Source: an uncultured Planctomycetales bacterium (lineage in GTDB: Bacteria > Omnitrophota > Gorgyraeia > Zapsychrales > JAHFFX01). Taken from it: DNA of 64,000 bases. A model generated the notes under the pieces. It searched no databases. It saw only the letters and a list, made by a program, of their open reading frames with translations, and was not told the DNA's origin. How positions within the stretch are numbered: position 1 is the stretch's first letter; the number at the start of each line of letters is the position of its first letter. The position numbers and the translations under genes are program-made. Shown piece after piece: positions 1 through 12,000 of the stretch. The DNA lies in the NCBI GenBank assembly GCA_964612665.1, contig CAZTCI010000001.1:508896-572895 (forward strand). The letters run 5' to 3'.

Positions 1-3000
1 ATGCAGCACACTTCCTAAACTGTAGTAATTGGGAAGCGGTCGCGTTAAAACAGCGGTCAAGAGACCTTCGACCCAGGCGAGGCGAATGTCGACGTGCTCT
101 GTTAAAGAAGTGATTTGATAACCAGGCTGGCTTTTAATAAATTCCCACTGCTGCTTGATTTGACGCACAAATGAAACGACGCGGTCAAACACCGACTTGA
201 TTTCGCCAGCTATATTGTCGTGCTGTCTTTTAATTGTTTCGTTGATCTCTTTAATTAAGTCCATTAGGTTTTCATAACTGAACTCTTCTTTAATGGCCAA
301 TGAACTTTCTCTTTGAGTGGCAGCATCAGTTATCTCATCCCAATAAGACTGCACAGTTTCAGTAATAAGCTCCAGGGCGTTTCTCACATCATGCAAGCTG
401 AATAGCATTACTGCTTCAGTTTCTTTACCTTCTTCTTTATTCTCCGACGGAGGGATCTCCTCTCCAAAAAGACCGGCCACCAAATTACAGAGTCTTTCTC
501 GTCCAGCGATCTTCGGAATACGGATGACCTTACCTTTATAATCTTGGTTAGGTTCAACTTCAGTCCAGTATAAAGAATCTGTAATACCATACCCTCTAAA
601 ATCATAAGCCAGGATATCGTCGTCTTCACCACTTCGAATGATCATGGGATTAGGGAATCCGATTCTTTTCATTTCCACAATCAATTCAATGCCCGCATTA
701 TTCTTTCCCATCTGATTATCCGTCAACAATAAGTCAACGAGTTTTCCTTCTGCCAAAAGCTGATGATACGTTGATAAAGCCTTTTCCTTGTTGGCAGCCG
801 TATATACTTGATAACCTCTTTGTATTAAATCATTGGATATTGTCTCAAGCACGTCTTCGTCGTCGTCAACCAGCAAAATTAAGCGTTTATACGCCTGAAC
901 ATTGGGAGTTAAAATGGATAAAAGAACAATCATCATTAACCAATCTAACGACACAAAAATGCCTAATGTGGCTCTGGACTCCACTCGCGTTGAATTCTCC
1001 AACCCATTGAACCACCGTTCGACAATTAGCTCGAAATTCCGCAGTTTCGGATCGAATTGCGCTCTCATTTGGATCAGAAGCGATTGGATTTCCTCAATAT
1101 CTCTGAGCGAATTCATTCTAAAATCGGCTTCAAGAATTTTTCGTAAGGAATCAATTAGATATTGTTTCCCATCGGGGATAAAGGCCTTAAGTAATTCTAC
1201 GATTCTGGTCCTCGAGAATCCTCTATTCATCAAGCGCAAAACATGTTGGTTATTTAAAAAGGCCACAATATTAATTGCCGCAAGAATGTCGACATCTTCT
1301 AGGAGGAAAAGCATTTCGTTTAGTGAAATAAATTGCCCGGCTATTCTTAAATGCCAACTGAAAGAAGTCTTAAATTCTTCTTTTCTCGGCAGGCGATCCG
1401 CTTTATTTACAATCCGCATAAAACGCGCCAGCGAATTGATGCCCATTAGATAACCATCAAACGGTCCTTGTTTTAAGAGTTGCATTGCGAATATATCAGT
1501 CAAAAACTGCGGCGTAAGATCCTTTGTGTCCGTCGTCGAATAAAGTGGAGAGCTACGATTGAAAAGCTCTCGAAGGAACTCATAATAGGACAACACATTT
1601 TTCTGAATGTCCTGATAATCAGAAACTCCCGCATCAACAGCCAGCGCCACGGCCTGGCCAAGCAAAGCCAAGTACTGCGGCTGGCTGATTCCGACGGGTT
1701 CAGTGAGTCTCCATAAATCAGAAATTAGCGTGTCGACACTTACTGGAATATTATCTACCCCAATTATGTGCTTGAATCGATTGAAGCTGGCAGCGACCAG
1801 ATTCTCATCGTTCCTAGATTTATCCAACCAAACTTTCTGCCACTTTTCAACCGATGAGAAGAATTCCACCTGAACAGCCGCAGGTTGTCCAATATCAGCA
1901 TCTAAATTCTCCTCGAGAATACGACCGTTGCTCAACACCAAATAATTAACAGGAAGCATTCGGATATAATCCAAATACATCAAACGATCCTCATCCCTAA
2001 AATCTTCAATCGCCGGTTCGATGAGAATGATTTGGATCGGTACTTTGAGACCAAACACCGCCTGCATGAGGGCAATAGCAAACTTCTTAAAAATGCAGTC
2101 AAATGCGGTACTGCCGATCAAAAAGACAGTCAATTTCTTGGAGTCTCGCTCTTGATTTTCAATTAAAGATTTCAAAAACTGGGCGGTTGAATGTCGCGAA
2201 TTGCTTGCGTGCCAGCGCTGAATTATGCGGTCAGGGCCGACGGGAGGATTCTCCGATTCGATGGCCGAGGAGAGAATTTTGCAAGGTTGCTGTGCCACTG
2301 AAAGTTCTTTCACGTCAACCGTTTTTTGATTCCACAAAATGGAACGTAAAAGATTGCCTGCTATTTTTGCGGCACTTCCTTTTGGCGAAGCCGAATAATC
2401 ATTAACAACATCGATTCCAATGCCCCGTACCGCCGCGATAGCTCCTACTGATACGAACAAGCCTGTCACAGCGCTTAAAACTGTCGGCAAAATCTGCGCC
2501 AGCATCCATAGGAAGAAGGTTAGAATATCACCGTGGGGTAAAACGATCATTTCATAACTTTCTTCATCCGACGACATAAATAGTTCTTGACCTTCCAACT
2601 CTTCTTCTAACGATGACAGCCCTTGAAACTCCTGCGTCAGATGTTCCCAGCTAAGTGGTATCTGTCTTTCTTGTGCCTGTATCATGACCAACTTTGCTTT
2701 TTCTTCATCCACACCTAATTGTTGAGCCAGGGCTTTGGGATTATTAATTAGCTCGTACCATTGTTTTTCTGTTACTTGTTTTTGCAAACGCCAGTAGCGA
2801 AGTAATTCTTGGGAGTGACCAAATTTCGCTTCCAATAAGCGTTTAACCACGTTTCTAAAAACAGCTATTACCATGTTATAAGTTAACGCGCCTAGGGCCA
2901 TGAGATAAAATGAGAAATGGAAAGAATAAACTGCTTTTGCTTTTGCTTTTGCTTTATCTTTATCCATCTTGAACTCTGCATCGGTAAATGCCAGCAAATC

Positions 3001-6000
3001 TGTGAATATAGAAATTCTGACTTGCCATTGACTGGAAAGTTTATTCCACGCTGTTGGCTTGCCATCAAATGTAATGATTGATGGCAATTCGTAAGATTGG
3101 CCCTGGACTTCTGAAATCCAATATTGTCGTATCCGGGATTTACCGAGAAATGTTTCGTCACTTCCAACAACAACGAGTTCTTCGATCAGTAATATTTCGA
3201 TAAAAACTCCCTTATCTTTCGCATAATCCATAATAATAGCGGCGGCATTCAAGAGACAATCGCCATATTTCCCGCCGAGCAGAACAACCTGAATACCGTT
3301 TTCTTGGAGAAGGAGATCTAAGAATTTATAAATACGCTGACGGTCTTCTTTAGAAGATTCATGAATTTTTTCGGGCTTGGGTTCTTCTAATTCTTGAACT
3401 ACGATCCCACGCTTTTTTAATAAAGTAACCAAAGATTTAAAAATCGGCTGCATCTCTCTTCCCAAATCACCAGAAACGCTACGATAATCCCTAACTTCGA
3501 AAATTCCAATTGTGAGAGACCTGATTCGATTTATAGCTACAAAAGATTCTTGAGATGATGTGTATTGATTTCGGCGTTTTTGTCGTTGAATAATAATAAA
3601 CTTGCCAAATTCAAAGATAACTATGCCCAAAATAATACTAACCATTCCCACAGTAAATCCCAACATCCCGGCCGTTTCTTTGGTGGCCTTTAAATAAATA
3701 ACATCCGCCGATAAATCTTTATGACCACCCACATTGATAATCATCTGCTGTTCATACGCTAAAGAAAGCGCGGCCGCTTCGTTGATTTCAAATCCGGCGG
3801 ATTTGACCTGAGCGATCAGTTGGTCTTTAAGTTCGCCGAGCGGACCAAAGGATTCTTCAATCATTTCACCATTGAAGGAGACGAGATGTTTAGTTGCCTT
3901 AATAATATGTATTTCACCTCCATGGGAAAGGACGTTATAAACCTCAGATAAAACTATGGACGGCCTCGTCGATTCAAGCACGAAACTAAGCAAGGCCACA
4001 TCAAACGTCTCTGGCGCAAACGACAAATGCTGGGCGTCTCCATTCACCCAGAGACCATCGCTTACTGTGTGTTGCACGATGCGTATCTTTGAGAAATTAT
4101 TATCTAATCCAACAACGACATTCCCCTGTCTTCTTAACTTACCGGCGATGCCGCCGGAACCAGTACCTACATCCAAAATACGATGACCGCTCCCAATTTC
4201 CTGCAGATACCAAAACGAGAGCATAAAAGAATTATTAATAGTGTGCCGCAACAAATCCTCCAACGTTATGATGATGGGCTTACGCACGGCGGCAACAGAG
4301 ATCATTACTACAAGCAGCATCCATTTTATTAATCCGACGAACCAGATCATCGAAATCAAAGAATAAATATCTACATACAGCGAATTATATTGGCCTTGTT
4401 TATAATGTTCATTCGCACGCCTGATCAATTCTTCATGGATCCGATCACCAATCGGAATCATCCCTCGCCGGTGATTATCGGCCAAATATCCGAGCGCCTC
4501 TGCCAATGTTTGCGCGGCGATGCCGAAAAATAGGCGGACATCATTTGTGCCCATTATGCGGGCCGCGGGATTGGGCGCTGGGGGTTTTTCACGCGCGATA
4601 AACTGGCGGATTTCTTCCAGGACATTGAAGACTTCGGTGAGTTGTTTGAGTGTCTTGACCGATAAATGCGGTTGCGGTTCAACAAAGACAATTGAGTTGA
4701 CCAAGGCCAGCAGATGGTTTTGAATTTGATATGCATAATTATCCAGGTCTTTTATATTGGTCTGCTCGGCAACATGCATTTCATAATCTAAATCTTGATT
4801 AGGAAGATCAAGGATTTTGATCGACAACAGCCCTTTGTGTTGCATCTGTTCCAAAGCCGTGTACAAGGCGGCCATTGATTCCATGAAACCTTCACCCGAC
4901 GGAATATAAGTTTGATTCTTTAATTTCGGACCTTCGCTTCTCTTATCTTTCTTGGGCACAGACTCTTTCTGCGTGTAAGGTAAGAAAACGGCGCCTAATT
5001 TTTGGTTGTCTTTCTTGCCATAAAGGAAAAATTCAATCGCCAGCTGCGGAAAGACCCGGACCGTTTTGGGCAAAGCATCAATAGAAAATCTTTGTATTGT
5101 GACGTCCGCTTTCTTAATCGAGACATACTTGGGGTCCTTAAAGAAAATGACCGCTTCTCCATAATCCGTTGAAATCAGGAACTCAACCTTTTCGCCGGCT
5201 GCAAGATTTTGCTCAACCGCTTTCAAATTGATCGTCAATTCAGACTGGGAATTCTGTTCAAGTACTTCTTGTTGGGAGATCGGCTGTCGTCGAGGATGAT
5301 AAGAAGCAACGTCGAATGAACTTCCTTCCAGCAGCATAAGGATAGTTACGACCAAATAGATATTTTTGAAAAGTTGGAATGAAGATTTAAAGCGCGACGC
5401 GAAAACAGCAATTAAAACTAACACCGCGATAATTACCCAAAACTCTTGTGAATGAATAAGGGAAAAATTACTTCCCTCATCAACAGCATTCAAATCTCCA
5501 TTCTTGGCTCGAACTTCCCAAGTTTTATCAGCTTGTTGGTAAGAATTCTTTTGAATCGCCTCTCTAACTCTTTGAGTCAAATCATTTTCGTCGATGCCGC
5601 CAACGTCGATCCAATTCACGAAGGCAGCAATAATATGCTCCTGAAATTCCTCCGAACTTGCCGACATCCTCACTCCGATTTCCATAAATTCTTTGGCCGC
5701 CCTTTTGAGTTCTTCAATGGCTTGACTGCGTAATGACAAATCCTCGATGCTTCTCGCCAGCGTCCATCTCAGCTGATTGTTTAAATACCGTATGAACGTC
5801 TTTAATTTCTCCATATCTCCCTCGAGTAACTTAATTTTCCATAATTGATTGGCCAGCCGGCTGATCGTTTCAAATGCCTTTTGCCAGGTCTTTTCCGACG
5901 ATGAAAGCGAAAGACGCTCTGCCATTAAAAGCAAAGTCTCATCCAAATATTTCAACTCATTCGATGGATAAAAAAATAAATAGCTATCGTAATCATCCAT

Positions 6001-9000
6001 GCGTCCCATTGCGTGGCTATGATAAAGATCTCGCTCGGGAACAAGGGCGATATTCAAAACATAATCTCTGAACGGTGCTTTTTCATAACTGCAATTTTTT
6101 TCGTATCTAAGCCAACCATCGAGATTTTCCATCGCCATTGAAAAAGATCCACGAAGTCCCGGGTTCGCCCTCCAAGCAACGATTTTCAGTAAGAGCTCTT
6201 TCAGTTTGTGATTTTCAAGTAACCGGCCCGTCGCTTGTCCTTGCCAGTTTAGTTCTTCCACATTAAACAACATCTGCGCCAAATATTGCGGAATCGAATT
6301 TAGTCGCCCTTCGGTCCCCCAAAGATCCAGGGCATTTGTTGACTGAGGATCGTTCGAGATCGCAGGATCAAATGTTTTGAAGTCCAGCGCCTCTTTGAGC
6401 ATCCATAACGTTAGATCCTCATAAGTAAAATCGGAAAATCCGCCATTACGCAAAGACAACGGCTGCTGTAATTGTTCACTCATAACAAAATAAAGTCCGA
6501 TCAATCGTCGGAGGCCTTGAATCAGCGGCGGGAAGTCAATCGGATAAGTTCTTTCTTTATCAAAGTGCATTCCAATTGTTCGCACATGCAACAAAAAGAA
6601 TATCGATGTCCAGGCGGTTAACCATTGTTCTTTCAGTTGTCCACCTGCCCAAAACCACATTCGTCGGGTTCCTATTTCAAATGGTTCGACATCCTCAAGC
6701 GAAGCCAAGCGCACAATATCCTGATTGGGATGACCATACTTTGATAACCAGCCTCTGGCTTTCCAATACCGACGCAGACAATCGCCGATCAATGAAAGCT
6801 CTTGCTCCGAAAGTGGGAGCAAATGACCATCTCCTGTCTCACTATCCATTCTTTCAGAAGTAGCATTCACAATTAGATAACCTAAGAGCTTTGTGAAACG
6901 TTGACTCTCGTGAGTGAGAGAATCAAAAATGGTTGAAGCATTAGCATTATGCAGGCTATACAAAACATATCTTCTCTGCTTTTCGTTATAATGTTCCGTA
7001 TTCAAATCTATCTTAGAATCTAACGTAAATTCCCACGCAGGTGGAAGTAACATGCCTTGCGAATTGATATACCCTAGTTGAACAAGATCATTAAATAACT
7101 GTGGCAAGTCTTTGTCAGGAACAATCCCCTTAAAACTTTTCAAGCTTACCGCATCATATTGATCGAGGAGGTTTGTCAGTGTTTCGATCCATTGCGCAAC
7201 GGGCCGCGATGTATTCTGAGCATTGGAATCAGTTAAAGTAACTTTCTGCTGTCTGACTGAGAGACGACGCCAGAAACTCTCTCCCCATGACAACTTCAGC
7301 ATCATCAAAATCCCGAAGACAATCAGCGCAAGCCATCCCCAACTTCCTTCCGCACCCGTCGTTGGCCAGAGAATCAGATGGCTGCTCAATTCATTTCCCG
7401 ACGCTGATTGAGCACTCAACATCACGATCCCCATCGCAGCGGCAATCATTCCGCCGCGCAGGCGTCCCCAAAATCCTCGTACTAAGCGAATTGCTAACGT
7501 AACAACGAGACCCGCAGTAATGACGGTCAATAATCGATTGAGAATAGATTGCAAAAGGTTTGAAAAAATAGGGTTGTGCTGCAGGAAGGAAAGAAGCGGA
7601 GTATCTTTTTTGCCGACGGGCGGGGCGTTGGGCTGCATCTTAGCATAGTGCCACACAATCAAAATACTAACGCCAATTAAAATCAATAGATATTGCACGA
7701 GTGAGTAGGTGTCCATGTTGAAAATGTTATTTGTTTTAGTCTCCCGATCAAAACCTCCATCCCGTTCGGCGAGCATCAGAAAAGCCGTCTCGGCGATGTG
7801 CATGTCGCTGATGCCGTGATGCAGATAGATTTTATGCACGCTGCGCGTCGAAAGACCGTTTCTGACGAGGCCCAGGTCCCAAACGCCCTGTCCTAACCGC
7901 AACCGATCACCGATTCCAGCGAGAAACTCCGGCGATGCATCCGCGACGGTAACAACCGGGGTGAACTTCCGTTCAGTCTTTGGAATTAATTTTTCTAATT
8001 GTTCGAATAGATTTTCTCTTCCTAACCGTCCAAGAAGAAGATTGGGGCTCGTCACCACAATCACATTGGCGTAAATGGGATAATTTTTATGAAGTTTCAA
8101 AAGCTCGTCGGACGCGGACAAGGCGGCCTGGACCATAGGACCGATGGCGACGATGTTAACCACATTGTCATCGGGATGGTAATCAGGAAGATGGCTGTAA
8201 TCGACGAGCCGGTAACCGCCTTTGAGAATTTCTGGGCCGAGACGCTTGATGGCGGCGGGTTCATTAAGGCCGGAATAAGTTTTCTGTTCCCGCAACCGCC
8301 GGAACAATCCGCTGCGTTCAACCAACAGGCTCGATGCGCGGATATACACGGCGTTACGCCCGTGGTCATGGCCGGTCAACATAAGTTCAAAGGTTTTTTT
8401 CAATATATAATCTAACTCGTCAAGAAAAGCCGGTTCCCACATAACCGTGTTGGGCATCGCCCGGCCGATGTCCGCCGAGACACTCGATTGATGTTGAGCA
8501 CCGTCGGTGGCCAGCGTTGGGCCGGACGGTGTTCCGACAGCAATAAATTGTGAACCCCAGTACTGGGCGTAAAAAAATTGATCCAGCGCCCGGCGGAATA
8601 AAAACATATCATAGATCGTAACAACCGGAATCAAACGCACGCCAAACAAATCATAAGCCTTGCCAAAAGCCGCCGCCAAGGTCACGGCGTTCATTTCTGT
8701 AATGCCAATGCGTAAATGATTTCCCGCAAATGAATCGGCGCTGACAACACCTTGAGTGGCGCCAGGAGCAATCATTCCCGTAGATGATCCAACATCCGGA
8801 GAAATCGTGACCAACCGCGGCGCTATTTTCTGCCAGAAGCGATCGTCTTCGGAAAGGTCCGCCGCCGCCGATTGACTGAGTAGACCTTTCACCCTATTAA
8901 TCGACATACCCAGATATGTCTGCGTTGGAATTCTCCCGCGGGCCGGTGAATAAAGTTTTTCCGGCCAGATTTGATTCTTTAATTCTGCTTCAAACGCCGC

Positions 9001-12000
9001 GCGGTTTGCATCGATCATTTGCTGCGCTTCGGCGGCTTCATGATCTAAACGTGAACGGACATTCTTAAGTGTCTTAAACTCGACGGAAGTTTCATTGAAA
9101 TTGGGGAATGGATTATCTTGCGGCATGCCTAATTCGTTACGGACCTGCGCCAATTCTTCGGGAGTCAATAACTGCGAATGGTTTCCTTCCTGACCAATCA
9201 TCGGTCTTAGACCCCAGCCTTTGATCGTATGCGCAATAATTACCGTCGGGCGATCGCTGGCGCGGGCTTCGCTCAAGGCTTTGATTAACTCAACCAAATC
9301 ATGGCCGCCCAAATCGGTAAAGAGCTCATAGATTTTTTCATCGCTGTATTTCTTCAAGAACCGCTTTATTGGCCTTTTCCTTTCCAAAGAGAGTTTCTTA
9401 TTCTTATCATCCAAGGGAAAAGGCCTAATATTGACTTTTGTTTCTTCCTTTGGATTCACAAAAGTCAATAAAGAAGAACGTTGTTCGATCATCCAAGCGC
9501 GGATTCCGGCGCCGTTTTGAGCGGAAAGATTTTGGTAAACTTTCTGGTCGATTGTTTCCATAACTTTCCTAAAGACACTTCCCCCTCGTCGGGCAAAAGC
9601 CGCTTGCAATTTTCGGCCCCAGCGCAGTTCAACGACTTGCCATCCAGCCGCCGCGTACATTCCGCGCAGTTGATCCAATTTCCAGTTTTCGGTATTTCCG
9701 TCGAGTGATTGGCGGTTGTAATCGACAATATGCGTCACGCGGTCCAAGTTAAATTCTTTCACTAACGTCAGAATCTCCCGCAGGTTTCCTTCTTCAGATT
9801 CAGCATCACCCAAGACCGCGAAGAAATGCGAATCAGAAACCGCATGGCCATGCGCCTTGAGCCATTTCCAAACAACGTTAAGTGCTAAGGCAACCGCCGG
9901 CCCTATGCCAACCGAGCCCGTCGGAATTTTGACGCCGTCCGGGTCCGCCATTCCCGGATACGCGTGCAGGCCTGGTTTGTCTAATTCATCCGTGTTGACT
10001 TCCGGATGCTTGGCGATGAAGGCGGCTTTTAATTCTTCAAGTTCTTTTAAGACTTCTGGCGCAAGACGGCCCCTGATATCTTCAGCCCTGAAATCAACCG
10101 GCAGCCGGACAGCGTTATCACGCAAACGATAAAGTGTATCGACGGGTAATCGACCTAAAAGATATTGAATGGCATGATACACCGGCGCGGCGTGCGGTTT
10201 GTGGGCGACAAAATCATGACCGCGCATGACAGCCAGCTCGAGGGCGATCATAATGTGCAATGCAGACGCGGATGCAGCCTGGTGCCCGCCGGTTTTAGGC
10301 AGTTCATATTTAATTTTATTGGCTTCATCAATTTCACCGATTGAAATCCCAAGCGCCCGACGGGCGATGCTTTCTAAAGCTTCGATGTCCTTCGGTGCAA
10401 ATCCTTCCGGAATTTTATCATTTCTATTTCGGGGAGGCCGGTGTCCGGATGAGCTCATTGCAACAATCATCATCGTGGACAAGAACAACGCAGCCACATG
10501 TCCACCTACGAAGTAGGACACAGCCAATAGTCCATCCAGTGCCAGCGCGATGAGGACAAGCGCAGTTGCAAATACGGTGGAGAGGTTTTGATCTGAGCAT
10601 TCTTTTATTCCATTTTTTGTTTTTTTGGTTTCCTGAGCTGAAAACTTTTTCCACCAGGCAAACGTTTCACTCAAACCCGTCCCAATATTCTTTTGTCGTC
10701 TCAACTTGTTGACAATCAAAATGATTAATGTTATGTTGGCGTCGAAAAGATCATTGATCAATAATTGCGTGGCCCTCTTTGAAAGATGGGAGAATCGTAA
10801 GTGAAGATCTGGGAATTTGAATGGGACAACTGGAATATTGAGCATATTGCTAAACATTCCGTAAAATCTCAAGAGGTAGAAGAAGCTTGTTATCGCCGCC
10901 ACGTCGCTAAGAAAACTAAAGATGACATTTATCTTGTCTATGGTCAAACGTATTCTGGCCGTTATCTTTTCATCGTTATTAAATATAAATCTAAAGGAAT
11001 TGTTTACCCTATAACCGCTCGAGACATGACTGATTCTGAGCAGAGATTCTTCCTTAAACGGAGGTAACATATGATTAAGAAGTCTTCTGTAATCCCAAAA
11101 TTTAAGAATGTCGCCGATGCGGCTGAATTCTTCGATCAACATGATACGACCCAGTTTCTCGACGAATTGCAACCAGCGCATCTTAAGTTCCCTAAGCCCA
11201 AGCATCTTTTGATCACCTTGAAACCTAAACAAATAACGAGGCTCAGACGCTTGGCCGACAAAATGGGTAAACCTTCCGATCAAATTGTTGAGCAATGGAT
11301 CACCCAAAAACTTGCCGAAGGGTAATGATCTGCCCAATGTGGCACGGCTCAATTTCTTTACAATCTCTTTAAAAACGCCTTTCGCTTTATCTGAGGATTT
11401 GGTTCGAATCGTCAGTATCAACAGCAACACATCAACGGCCAACACAAGGAACATCAAATGTAATCCCGGTCCCGGAACAAAATATCCTTTAAACACAACC
11501 ACCGGACGTTCCTCATCAGGCAGAAAACCTAATTCCTCGCGGATCTCCTCGGGAGATATTCTTAAAATATGTATGGGCTGAGGATGATCTTCAAAATATT
11601 TTAAGAACAGGCTTGTAATCGTTTGTCCGTTATCAGAAGCAATATGAAGACGGCCCAGAATAAAAAACGTGTCTTTAGCAGCTTTTCGGCCGCGCGATAA
11701 GATATTGATCATATTGGGGAACATGAATGGTTCCCTTAGGTCAATAGCGAATCTAAAGTTCTCCGAGACATTGATCCCTTTCAAAATTTCTTGAACAGCG
11801 GGCTCGGCCTGGCCGACGACATGATTTTCGCGTTTGGCTCTGGCCATGAGGGCTTTTATAAAAACAACAGTCAAATCACGCCAAGTTGTCAAGTCTTTAA
11901 GCATGTCCGCTGAGTTATCCGGGGGCAATGTTACGATCGCGGAAAAAACGAGACTGTTCCGGGTGTTGTAATAAAGAGAAATGCGTCTGTATAACGTTGT

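Noticed and set aside
7750-10440. aceE as an ordinary stand-alone gene
   Set aside because: The same phase is open far beyond both ends of the E1 homology. It runs into TM segments on both sides and through the brnTA region upstream. There is no stop and no plausible RBS/start at the domain boundary.
10660-10800. An intergenic region between divergent genes, as suggested by the promoter-like sequence and the absence of listed ORFs
   Set aside because: The giant phase is open through it (...VNKLRRQKNIGTGLSETFAWWKKF...), so it is not intergenic for the minus strand. The promoter elements are embedded in coding sequence.
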